This document shows, one piece after another, positions 50,728 through 62,231 of a DNA stretch of 64,000 nt. Within the stretch, counting starts at the first letter, position 1. Each line of letters begins with the position of its first letter. The DNA lies in the NCBI RefSeq assembly GCF_964204645.1, contig NW_027437448.1, positions 1-64,000 on the forward strand, in the 5' to 3' direction. A program made the translations under genes and the position numbers. This DNA is from Tubulanus polymorphus (taxonomy: Eukaryota > Animalia > Nemertea). A model generated the notes under the pieces. It was given only the letters and a program-made list of their open reading frames with translations, ran no database searches and was not told where the DNA came from.

Positions 50728-52380
50728 GGTTGTAGGTAAAAATCCCCTGGGTAAAAATCCCCCAGGTAAAAATCCCCCAGGTAAAAATCCCCTAGGTAAA
50801 AATCCCCAATTATTCAAAGTAGGTAAAAGTCCCCCACCTTTTGAATGTAGTCCAAATTAGATACAATTTTAAGGTCAATTTATTCGTATTAATATATTCT
50901 ATTTATTATTTACCTTATAATTGCGTTACATAGAAATATCATGTATAGAAGTTATCGCATTTCAATGAAAAATACAAAATTAGAAGTTAATTAATTCACA
51001 AAATCGCATCACATTAAAAATTACAAATTGGTTGTTCATTAATACTGTATCGCACAAAATATAAGTTAAAAAGAAAACAATCGCACAGTTCAAACATATT
51101 ATGATTTTAATTTTCAAAAAGCACTCTAAATTAAAAGTTTATTTATAACGCACAGCTTAAATAATATATCACAAGTTTAAAAAGGCTCATCAAATAGGTA
51201 AAAGATATTACATTTTGAAGTTTAAAAAGTATTACAAATTAGAAGTTATTAATTAATGTACAAAATCGCATCACATTGTAAATCACATCGCACAGTACTG
51301 CATCGCGCAAAATATAAGTTAAAAAGAGGTCATCGCACAGTTCAGTTTTATTTTCAAAAAGTACTCCAAGTTAAAAGTTACTTTAGTTAACGTTTATCAA
51401 TTCTAATTTCCAAGCGGAATGTTATGACCCACACCACGCAGGAAATCGGCCATATTCAAATGTCCATCATTGTATTGTCGACACAGTATTTGTAATCGTT
51501 CGTGTAACGGACGATGGATGTTGCTAACCCGTCGTTGTGGAACTCCACCGATGGCGTTTTCCATTATCTTGGTGCTTGTGACACTCTGTTCCATTTGAAT
51601 GGGACGGATGGCGCGCCATATAGAAGGGTGTTTTGTGCCCAATCAAATTGCGGAATCTGTTGTTCCATTCTTCTGAAACATTATTAGTTTTTGGGTCAGA
51701 GTTTAAAGTTGCTCGATTTACGTTCCATCTCTCGGGTGCAAATCTCGGAGCAATTCTCCGTATTATGTGTCGATTCTCTTCTCCGATTCTTCTTTCCCTA
51801 TATGTTCCATTAACATATGTCGCATCGAAGTAGTTAATAAGAGGATCACAACCATCTGAGGCAACATCTCGTAGATGTTGCATTCCCGCCACAACATCCG
51901 CAGTGGGAAGAAATGCCAAACCATCAAGCCCACAGAATAACTTGAAATCGTCCTCATTCTGATACCTGAATACATAAGAGTAAATGAGTCAACAACAATT
52001 TGTACAAAATCATTCAATTATTTTAAAAATTAAAAAAAGGTCATTTTCTTACCGATTTGCCATCCCGAGCTCTTGTATCTTGCGCCAGGTTGATTGTCTT
52101 AGGTGATAAAAACAACCCTGAATCTGCAGTGCATCGCCGAAGACAGCTCTTAACGCGTGATGAACATCTCAAAGTCCACTATAACTGTATCGGGATCAAT
52201 ACCATCGACATTTTCACTGATGGCATTGAACAAATCCTCGTATGTACCTTCTGACTTCCGCTGTAAGAATGTGTACACTAAAGGAACTGTTATATTGTCA
52301 ACCAAAGGAGCATGGATGACATACACCTGAGAAAAAAGTGGTGGTGCCATCGAAAAAGTTCACAAAGGATATTGGTGAGG
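50728..52380 (-). pseudogene. Truncated, frameshifted MULE (Mutator-like) transposon with 3' TIR
   Basis: Minus-strand fragments PPLFSQVYVIHA..VPLVYTFLQRKSEGTYEDLF..IVDFE and AFLP..INYFDATYV..FAPERWNV..PKTNNVSEEWNNRF, HPSIWRAI in different frames; TIR ggttgtaggtaaaaatcccc with internal 15-bp repeats at 50728. Confidence 0.85.
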
Positions 52381-52463
52381 AATTAAAACTTGAAAGCAGC
52401 AAGCGGAAAACAGTTCGATTTAAATTTGTCGTAATTCAAAGTAAGCATAGGCAAAGAGCTAAC

Positions 52464-53145
52464 GGTTGTAGTTAAAAGCCCCCTCTGTAAAAATCCTCTA
52501 GGTAAAAATCCCCAAATATTCAAAGTAGGTAAAATTCCCCACTTTTCAATGATGTTCAAGAACATTTCAAAGCAAAATGTTTCTGAAATTTTATTCATTT
52601 GCAATGAGATTGAAATATGTTTGAACTGCGCAATGAAATCTTTCGTTGGGGTGAATTAGTTAACTCTTAGAATAAGATAAATTGTTAGAATTAATAAGAA
52701 TAATGAACTTATTATTCTTTATATCGAAAAATTCGAACTGAAATGGTATATTTTTGAAATGTGAAATCGTGTTAACTTGTATTTCAGCTGTGCGATGCCA
52801 TGAGTTAATAGAAATAATGAACGTTTAATTTGAAATACTTTAGATTCAAGCTAGTGCGATAAATTTTAAATGTGCGATGAACCCTTTCATTAACTGCTAT
52901 AACTTAAAGTACTAATTTGGTATTAATGAACTGTTAATTTGTTGTAAGTTTTAATGCAATTAGTGTATACTATAGTTTGTACGCTCGTGATATCCTATGG
53001 TTTTCCACGGTAAAATATAAATAAATTGGATATGTGTATCTGAATTAATTTACCTCAAATTGTATCACTTCATTCAAAAGGAGGGGGATTTTTACCTACT
53101 CTGAAGAATTGGGGATTTTTACCTAGGGGATTTTTACCGCTAACC
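52464..53145. mobile_element. Complete non-autonomous MULE element of the same TIR family
   Basis: Inverted ends ggttgtagttaaaagcccc../..ggggatttttaccgctaacc; 9-bp TSD AGAGCTAAC (52455-52463) / AGAGCTTAC (53146-53154). A further degenerate TIR lies at ~53360-53510. Confidence 0.8.
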
Positions 53146-53568
53146 AGAGCTTACAAGCCATTATACATTGAACCTTATTAAATCTAGATGACCCCGTAAT
53201 TCCTTCAATTACGTACGTACACAATATGATCACGGAAAGCGTACCAGGTGATAACGAATAATTACTCGGCCACTATATATTGATATTACGAATCGATGTA
53301 TTTAATTCGGTTATCTAAACTCAGTCTACAATTCTTTAAATCACTAGTTAATTAAAAGGGTTAGGGGTAAAAAAAATCACCTAGTTAAAGATCCCCTATA
53401 GGTAATGTCCCCTCGGTGAAAAACCCCAATTCTCCAAAGTAGGTAACCCCCTACATTTTGATTTGGAGTGCAAGTAGATACACATTTTAAGGTCAATTTA
53501 TTCATATTATTCACGTACTTCTACGAATCTACGAGCAATTATCTGAAATTCAAACCATAGAACCACAG

Positions 53569-53732
53569 GGGCTCGTATCAGAGTTGTAGATTATGTAAAA
53601 ACGATAATCTGTTAATGCAATGTATATAGTATATATAAAATAACTTTATATATTATATTATTTTATATATACTATATACATTGGATTAACAGATTATCGT
53701 TTTTACATTACCTACAACTCTGATACGAGCCC
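53569..53732. repeat. Near-perfect ~75-bp-arm palindrome (foldback)
   Basis: gggctcgtatcagagttgtag..gtatatagtatatataaaataa / ttattttatatatactatatac..ctacaactctgatacgagccc with a short AT loop. Confidence 0.9.
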
Positions 53733-55740
53733 GTGTGCATAGCACAGGTGGATCCGTTTCATCTATGATTGTGCACTAAAAAGAACAAATTGCTGCTTCT
53801 AGAAATGTCTTCACATTGCTAAAGATCATAAAAACACCTTTTAGCAACAATTCTACTTGACCTCCCTACCATGTCGCCAGGATCGAGGTTCCCAGCGCCT
53901 AGTTTTGCCTGTGCACAATTCGAAAGAGCGCTTTGAAAAGGGTACTCCCAAAAACTTGGTGATCTTTCATTGTATTTCCAAGTGACCATTTCATTTGAAT
54001 AACCAACACTCTCGTAAAACCATCAAAATTGTCAATTTGTTTATGTTCAATATGCTGCAAATGCAATATCTTTTTATTATCTCCAAAAACAACTTGTCAT
54101 TTCTTCAAGTCGATCACGGAGTGGGGTTTATCACGATCTAGGCGCTTTTTTCAGATTAATTTAAAAGACGCATGAATCTTTTCTGCCATGTTTACAGTGA
54201 TAACCCTTATGGCCTTATTCCCAGTGATCCTGACAAGTAAGTGTTGGTAAACGTTGCATTTTACGGTACTTGATGGGCCAGCCAAAGATTTCTTTGAACT
54301 TTTTGGTTGAGTAAATTCTCTACAATTTTTATCTTTTCGAAATTTCAAACCTGAACTCAGTTCACAAAAATTCCCCTGACGTCAATAATCATAATTAGAT
54401 AAAAATTACACAATATGTTTTTGACAAATATTTATTAATATATGTAATAAAAATGTGCATTTTTTATTAAAATTGTTAGATGGAAGATGGGAAGATTGTT
54501 AGATGGGAAATTCAATGATTTTAAAGCAGGGCCACATTCAGGCATCGGCTACTGGCAGCTCTAGTACCTGCATTGATTAAAGTAGGTCTGTAAACGAATT
54601 AATACGGTATGGGAGAAAATGGCCTCTATATCCTGCAAGTCTGGTCTGGATTTTTCGCCGATGAGTCAACAGCCGATACTTCGTAGTTTGATTTTGATAA
54701 ATTCCGTCGTATAAAATTGTTATGTGAGATCAAATGTAATAAATATAGAATGTGTGAAGGGCTGGGATCACCTGCAATCTCCATTTCCTTAGAAACAAAA
54801 TCCACATTGGAATCAGATAGATAAAACGAAAATTTCCATACAAAGACTTTATTATTATTCAAGCTTTATTTTCATTTTTCAATCACATATTCAATCTATA
54901 CATGCCACTTCTAAAAAAAAATAGAAATAAGGCAGTTGGATGATACATGCTGTATACTGCTATATACACATCTACCAGCTACATAACCTCATATTTTAAC
55001 GTTAACCAGATACTAATTAAAAGTTCATCATTATCATACCAGTCCCCAAATTAATCAGCCATTATAAAGCATCAACCAAGATTACAGTTTGATAATCATT
55101 ATGTTTATAACTCCAGAGATGTACAAGGAAGTCAATCCAAAGTCAAATTTGGTTAAGTGCTCATAATGATAAGTCAAAGTGATGTTTGAAACATAAATAC
55201 TCAAGTCACAATCTGTATTTCTAATATGTATTTATAATCAAATCTGCCAAATGTAAGTGATCATCTGGATAAGTCGTCACTTTTATCACAATCCCCAAAG
55301 TGTCGAGTTAACCGTGGTTAACTGTTTTAGTTGAATCAACACATCAAAAGGGAGTCCCACCCTACGGTCTTATAATCACTCGATACGGTTCAGATACAGT
55401 TCAGAAGAAGAGTTAACAGCGTGATAAGTCTTATTGGTTCCCACTCTGTTTCTCTGTTTGTAGTTTTCTGTCAGTATGCTGCAAGTAGATAAAAAAATGT
55501 ATGTCAATTATCAAAATTTTATGTGATTTTGTATAAATATGTAATAATGAATACTCACAACTGTTCACAGCATTTCTTCTTTATGCTCGCCAGTTCAGCC
55601 ATGAATCATCATAACCTGGTAACATATTATCTGCCAATCCATTTACTTATAACCCTAGGAGGCACTGGTGGTCGACTCAATACAAAAACAGCAATCTTCC
55701 CTGCTAATAAAAACGTGGACAATACATAAATGTCTATTAT

Positions 55741-56021
55741 GATGGGCGTCACCAGGATTTTTTTGGAGTTCATTTTTAGGAATAGAGGGGGTCTGGGTGT
55801 CCTCCCCAGAAAATTTTGTGCAAGCAGGCGTGTTCTGGTGCAATCTGAGGACGATAGGTAGACTGGTTCCCGTTTATAGGTAGACTGTTTCCCGTTTACT
55901 TTGTCTTTGCATGTATTCATTTTATTTTGCTAATTTAGCAAATGCAAACCATGAGCCGACGTTTGAAAATTCAAAAAAGGGGGTTCGTTTTAACTACCGA
56001 ATCCCCCTAGCGACGCCCATG
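55741..56021. mobile_element. hAT-like MITE
   Basis: TIRs gatgggcgtcaccagg / cctagcgacgcccatg; internal gggggtctgggtgtcctcccca..tggtgcaatctg; TSD not clear. Confidence 0.6.
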
Positions 56022-56786
56022 ATTACTGATACACACACAGGCCCAGACTGTGGTATTAACTTTAACCCGGGGGCCAACTCAATTAAGAAAAAAATTAATG
56101 TGCATGATCACCCAGATAGCATATTTCCCAATAACAGATGTACACACTCTCACGAGCAGTTTCCAGCAAAAAATAAATATCTCCTATCTGTCCAGCAAGT
56201 AAGTAAGAAATGCTTGTGAAAACCAAGCAATGTGACATGTGACTATATAAGCATCCCAGGGGCAGATCCAGGCTGGGAAAATGGGGTGGGGGTTCACTTT
56301 ATATGACAAGGGCATTTTATCGTTGTGAAAAGTGTCCAATCGCATTGAGTGGGGCAGGCGCGACACACCACTAAGCTGCAGACTTTTGTCATATGCTGAG
56401 ATCATTTGTAGGGTGGAATCTTTTGTAGTGAGATTTTCAAAAGGGCTGGGCAGAAAAGGGGTTGAAACCCTGGATCTGAGCATCCCTCAAAACAAGTTAG
56501 ACAATCCCGTCCGAAAAACTCCCAGTAATTTACTCTACATACCATACCGGGGCAAGTTGGTAGGCTCCAAAAGTTACCAAAACCATTGGCATTGCCATTG
56601 GGCCAGTGTCTATTTCTCAAAGACGTTGGACTGGTTCAACGTCCCTTTGGTTTTGGAGATGATATCGATGATTTTGAATGATAGGACCTAAACATGCAGT
56701 AAATTAGGACATGCAAAAAATTTGCCAGTTTTGTTGAATAAGACAAGTGTCAAAGTGACGTGAAAAACATGACAGAGCAGATCTTT

Positions 56787-56991
56787 ACACGGACTTGACA
56801 CAAAACGATTTTGACCTCAGTATCCTAGGTACTGTCTTTTTATATATAGTACCTAGGATACTGGGGTCAAAATCCTTTTTTCAAGTCCCTGTGGATCTTT
56901 TAGTTAAATGTTTAAATTCCGCAGCGGAACCAGGAAGTGACAGCGTAGCGCAGCGCACCTAGAGCGGCGCGCAGCGCCGCTCTAGGTGCGC
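56787..56991. promoter_or_regulatory. Two hairpins at the probable SPS promoter
   Basis: ~45-bp-arm imperfect inverted repeat 56787-56893; perfect 18-bp GC-rich inverted repeat gcgcacctagagcggcgc (56953-56970)/(56974-56991); ETS-like caggaagtg at ~56931. Confidence 0.55.
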
Positions 56992-57627
56992 GGCCGCCGC
57001 CGTGAAGGTTGAAAATGACACCCTCTAGCGGTTCCTTGTTTGATGTGGTTCCTCGAATGCTACCCCGACACACGGCGTCTTTAATTTAATCAAAAATCGC
57101 GGGCATTTGCATTAAAAAACACGTTATAGTAGAATTTACTTTTATGGTTACAATTTAGCTTTCTTGTATTTTCTTTTTAATTGTACGAGTTAAACAAATT
57201 GTTAAATTGATCGGCCGATCCAGAAAATAAAACCAGTGAGAGTAACCGCGCGGATGAGCGGCACTAGGTTTGTCACGTTAATGCTTTTTCCGGACTCTTT
57301 CACTTTATCATTCCATGGTCGCAAGAATTTGAAGAGCCCAGTACTACACCCTTTCGGGTGCATTTTGGTTTTAACTAATTAATTTTCGCGCCAATTCTGC
57401 CGTCAACGCACGCTATTTACAAACTGCTCCCTCGCAGGGAGCCTCTCATAACAAATCAATCGCGCCTCATTGTAAATGAACGCGGACATCCGGGTATTTC
57501 ACCAGCGACTAGACAAAGAGGGAGTTGGTGATAATTTTGAGCCCCGGAGGAGCCGCGCTCAAAACATTGAATTTATTCTGTAAATACGAATCGACAGCGA
57601 AATTGATCGATTTACAGAGATTCAGCG

Positions 57628-60600
57628 ATGGATAGTGTGGAAGCCGTAGCTGTAGAACAGACCGCTGAACTCACTAATAAACCGGTAATTCGTAGATTCG
57701 TTCCAACCGATCATGATTTGGAAGCCTCTTTCCGACTCACTAAATTTGCCGACCTGAAAGGATGAGGGTGTAAAGTCCCCCAAGAAGTTCTGCTCAAACT
57801 TCTGGAGGGACTTCAAGAACAGGAAAGCAATGAAAGTGTAGTCGCAGGAGATGGTGGAGATGGAACCTATGGATACGGTGCCGGCGGTGCTGCTGCACAG
57901 TTACCTAGAATCGGTAAGTTGTTCATTGCTGGTCCCGAGCCCGAGGAGCCACGTTCAACTTCACGCACATTTTTCATTTCCGAATAAACTTCAAATTCTT
58001 ATAATTTATCGCCATCTGATTCGATAAAAATGATTATTTATTATATTTGAAACATTTGAACAAGAATCAGTTTTATTTAGCGGTCTATTTATGGTTAAAA
58101 TGGTGATCTAATTTCATCGATTCATCTCCCGTTCGTTTCTCTTATTTTCAACATGGCGGATCAAGTCGAGTCACATGATCTGTATATTTGTAAACACGAG
58201 CACGTGTTCAACTACTGGTTCGTCGACTGTCACATGTTTACGACGAGTGGGTTCGAATCCTGAATTAATGGTGTTTGTATTTGTTATTTCAGGTATAGGA
58301 ATGGATTCGTGCGTGGTACCTCTGAGGCAACCTAATTTATCATTGGTGCAAACAACTGATTTTTTCTACCCATTGGTTGATGATCCGTACATGATGGTAT
58401 CTTTTTAGATTTTTTGTGACGTTTTTTTATCCTGGCAGCTTGAGGTGGCCCGGATTGAGGGAGGTGCTGAGACAGGCTGGGTCACTCAGCAGCTGATATA
58501 TTATATAACTGATTTTGGTATATGTATTTTAGGGTAAGATAGCGTGTGCTAATGTATTGAGTGATCTGTATGCTATGGGTGCAATGGATTGCGATAATAT
58601 GTTAATGCTGTTAGGAGTCAGTCAGAAGATGAGTGATAAAGAGAGAGATGTCGTCGTTCCTTTAATCATGAGAGGATTCAAGGTAAAAATCTCCTAAATC
58701 ATTATTTATAAGTCCGTACTTCAATTCATGGTAAAATACTAAACTTCTGTTAAGATGTCTATTTGTGACGTAGTTTTTTGAGTAACACAAGTTGAGGCTT
58801 TACTTCAGACACCTGCACCTGTAGTTGTGGTTATATATTGTAGGATACAGCTGAAGAGGCAGGTACCGCTGTCACTGGAGGTCAAACTGTTCTCAATCCA
58901 TGGTTAACTATTGGGGGCGTGGCTACATCAGTCTGTCAATCAAATGAGTTTATCATGTAAGTTTTTTGTTCGAAGTCTTTTTCGTTAAATTGAGATTCCG
59001 TATTTTAGTGTTTGTGTATTTACGCTAGGCCCGATGATGCGGTAGCCGGGGATGTTTTAGTGTTAACCAAACCGTTAGGAACGCAAGTAGCGGTAAACGC
59101 TCATCAGTGGTTGGACGTTCCTGAAAAATGGAACCGTTTAAAATTAGTCGTCAGCGAAGAAGACGTAAGAAAAGCTTATCACAGAGCGATGACTAGTATG
59201 GCTAGACTGAATAGAACAGGTTCGTACACCTCCCCTCATCCCCCTCCCTATCCTCTCTCCCTTCCTCTCCCCTTCCCTCATCCCTCTAGACTGAATAGAA
59301 CAGGTTCGTACACCTCCCCTCATCCCCCTCCCTATCCTCTCTCCCCCTCCCCTATCCTCTCCCCTTCCCTCATACCTCTAGACTGAATAGAACAGGTTCG
59401 TACACCTCCCCTCATCCCCCTCCCTATCCTCTCTCCCCCTCCCCTATCCTCTCCCCTTCCCTCATCCCTCATACCTCTAGACTGAATAGAACAGGTTCGT
59501 ACACCTCCCCTCACCCCCCTCCCCTATCCTCTCTCCTATCCTCTCCCCCTCCCCTATCCTCTCCCCTTCCCTCATCCCTCCCCCTCTAGACTGAATAGGA
59601 CAGGTTCGTACACTTCCCCTCATCCCCCTCCCTATCCTCTCTCCTATCCTCTCCCCCTCCCCTATCCTCTCCCCTTCCCTCATCCCTCCCCCTCTAGACT
59701 GAAAAGGACAGGTTCGTACACTTCCCCTCATCCCCCTCCCTATCCTCTCTCCTATCCTCTCCCCCTCCCCCTCTAGACTGAATAGAACAGGTTCGTACAC
59801 CTCCCCTCATCCCCCTCCCTATCCTCTCTCCTATCCTCTCCCCCTCCCCTATCCTCTCCCCTTCCCTCATACCTCTCCCTTTAGACTGAATAGAACAGGT
59901 TCGTACACCTCCCCTCATCCCCTTCACCCCCCTCCCCTTTTGTCCCTCCCCTCTTCATCCCCCTTCTTTCTCTAGACTAAATAGAACAGGTTCGTATACC
60001 CTCTTCCCTCCTCATCTCCCCAAACCCCCTCCTCCCCTTCACATCCCCTCCCTCTCCTCCATCCTCTTCATTAGACTGAATCAAACAGGTTCATCTCTCC
60101 TCATCCCCTCTCCCTCCACCCTCTCCCCTCCCCTGTCTCCTCTCCCCTCCCTTCCCTCATCCATCTTCCTCTAGACTGAATAGAACAGGTTCGTACACCC
60201 CTTACCTCCTCTCCCTCTATCCTCCCTCTGATCTTCATCCCCTCCCTCTCCCCTTTCCTCCCTCTTCTCATCCCCCACCCCTTCCATCTCCTCTTTTCCT
60301 CTACCTACCACCCTCTCCTCCATCCTCTCCTCCATCCTCTCTCCCTGTACCTACCACCCTCTCCTTAATCCTCTCTCCCTCCATCCTCTCTCCCTCCACC
60401 CTCTCCTTAATCCTCTCTCCCTCCCTGTGGTGTATATAATAATTAATTGTTTATATTTGTAGCTGCGAAATTAATGCATAAATACAGCGCTCACGGTGCA
60501 ACAGATGTCACTGGTTTCGGGTTGCTAGGACACGCTAATAATTTGGCTCGTATTCAAAAACGTGAAGTCAGTTTCGTTATTCATAATTTACCGGTTATCG

Positions 60601-60993
60601 CTAAGATGGCCGCCGTTAGTAAAGCATGCGGAACTACGTTCGGTTTATATCAGGGGATGTCAGCTGAAACATCAGGTTCGTTCATTTCTCTGTCTATGTG
60701 GCTGTCTGTCCGTGTGGCTGTCTGTCTGTCTGTGGCTGTCTGTTTGTCTGCCTGTTTTACTGTAATCTCAGTATTTATTTATTGATCTGTTTTGTTTATA
60801 ATTGATAGGTGGATTATTAATCGCGTTGCCACGGGAACAAGCCGCTGCGTTCTGTAAAGATATCGAGAGACAGGAAGGATATCAGGCGTGGATTATCGGA
60901 ATCGTCGAGAGGGGTAACCATACAGCACGGATCATCGAGAAACCTCGAGTGATTGAGGTCCCGGCCAAAGAGAAAGACAATGAATCGTGGTAG
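57628..60993 (+). CDS. SEPHS2: Selenophosphate synthetase (SPS2-type selenoprotein, Sec at codon 46), 7 coding exons
   Basis: Exons 57628-57913, 58293-58396, 58533-58682, 58844-58956, 59029-59219, 60463-60675, 60809-60993; [18 protein letters not shown] (TGA 57763-57765), [82 protein letters not shown]. Confidence 0.95.
57773..57813 (+). promoter_or_regulatory. Sec redefinition element (SRE) hairpin just 3' of the UGA
   Basis: AAGTCCC-CCA(A)GAAGTT / AACTTCTGG-(A)-GGGACTT stem with 7-nt loop, starting 8 nt after UGA; preceded by GGGTGT. Confidence 0.8.
59202..60200. repeat. Variable-length tandem array (11 copies) of the SPS exon 5/intron 5 junction with polypyrimidine spacers
   Basis: ctagactgaatagaacag|gttcgtacac at 59202, 59286, 59378, 59477, 59586, 59694, 59773, 59881, 59972, 60071, 60171. 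Confidence 0.92.
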
Positions 60994-61283
60994 AGCCCCC
61001 TGGTGGTGGACTCGAGAAACAGCCCAGTAGCGTAATTCCACAACACTTGGTTATAATAATCATTTAAATCCATTCGTCTCGGGTTCGAAAATAATCATCA
61101 CATTTCATTGCATTTAAAATTTGATGAATTGTATAAAAATCATGAAAATTATCGTCCATATTTTTGATTGTTTTATGAAGAATTTTGAATCCAATAATAG
61201 AGTCGGTTAGTTACTGTTGGCATGAGCAACCACTGTACTATAAACTCCGATGAAATACCGATTTATCTAAACCATATCGAGAT

Positions 61284-61376
61284 ATTCTGCAACTTTCTTG
61301 ATGAAATTATTTAGAGAAATTAAACTCATGGTTGATTCTAAATAATGGATGTTTTTATGAATGAAAGTTGTGGAAT
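61284..61376 (+). promoter_or_regulatory. Eukaryotic SECIS element (type II) in SPS 3' UTR
   Basis: Helix I attctgcaactttc/gaaagttgtggaat; core AUGAA (61301-61305)..GGAU (61347-61350); helix II attatttagag/ttctaaataat (11 bp); apical AAA (61317-61319) and short helix III; AATAAA at ~61414. Confidence 0.92.
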
Positions 61377-61780
61377 TTGGTTTTTATGTCGGTTTTAAAC
61401 TAAACTATGATTCAATAAACTAATTTTATAAGATAGAAATTTGCTTTTTATGTCGTTGGTTTTAATTCCTGCTGCCTGGGGTCTGGTGTCTGTAGATCGA
61501 TAGGGTCCATTGAAGTATCCCAGTGATCCAACATTATCAGCTATCTATAGTCAATCTCTGACTGGTTTAGGGTGTAAGTCTATACAATGTACCGTTATTA
61601 TCTCGATGAGAGTATATGACAGTGTATTTGGGGATGTTTTGTGCCTACTTTTCATAAAAATGCTGAAAATGCTACTACGCTGAAGTCTAATAAGTAACTT
61701 AAAAGTTTCTGAAAAATACTTGTAAAATGGATATACATGTAATGCGTAGAGCAAAAAATTAAAAGCCAAGCACACATCAC

Positions 61781-62231
61781 TTAATGTGCCCTATTTGGTC
61801 CCGTGAGATACGAGGAAAATGCAAACTAGTCGAGTTTTAGTCAAATATTGACTGAATTCTATTCCTGGGAAATAAAATAATATTTGCTTCAAATTCTTCC
61901 TGTGGCATGTGAATCTGCCGCTTTACCGCTTGCAACTACATCCGCTGAGTAACGAGTTCTATTAAACGTGGCTTGAAAATTTATTTCAAAGTCAGATTCA
62001 TAATGATAAAGCTTTAATCCCAATAAAATGATGCATTTAAAACAAACTTATGTTAAGTGATGAATGAAATTTGACTTGGTTGAAAATATCTGCAATCTTA
62101 TTCTTCGCATGCCACAGTAGACAAGCGAGGATGTATTAAATCTCATCCGTTCAGTGCTGCCTCTACGAACAACGATAGCGGAATTTCATTGAACTAATGT
62201 ATTTACACTATGGACCACTGTGGCACCTAAT
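61781..62231. mobile_element. ~450-bp MITE with TTAA-like ends (Kolobok-like, tentative)
   Basis: ttaatgtgccctatttggtcc at left versus ggaccactgtggcacctaat at right; partial second copy at 31419-31592. Confidence 0.55.

Noticed and set aside
57763-57765. SPS pseudogene due to premature stop
   Set aside because: The TGA is at the known Sec position, all exons are intact, and a SECIS and SRE are present.
59202-60200. CRISPR-like repeat/spacer pattern
   Set aside because: Spacers are related low-complexity C/T tracts and the repeat is the gene's own exon-intron junction.
31419-62231. Inverted repeats at 31.4 kb and 62.2 kb as TIRs of a 31-kb transposon
   Set aside because: The right copy is itself one end of a self-contained ~450-bp MITE, the copies are clearly diverged, there is no TSD, and the span includes the host SPS gene.
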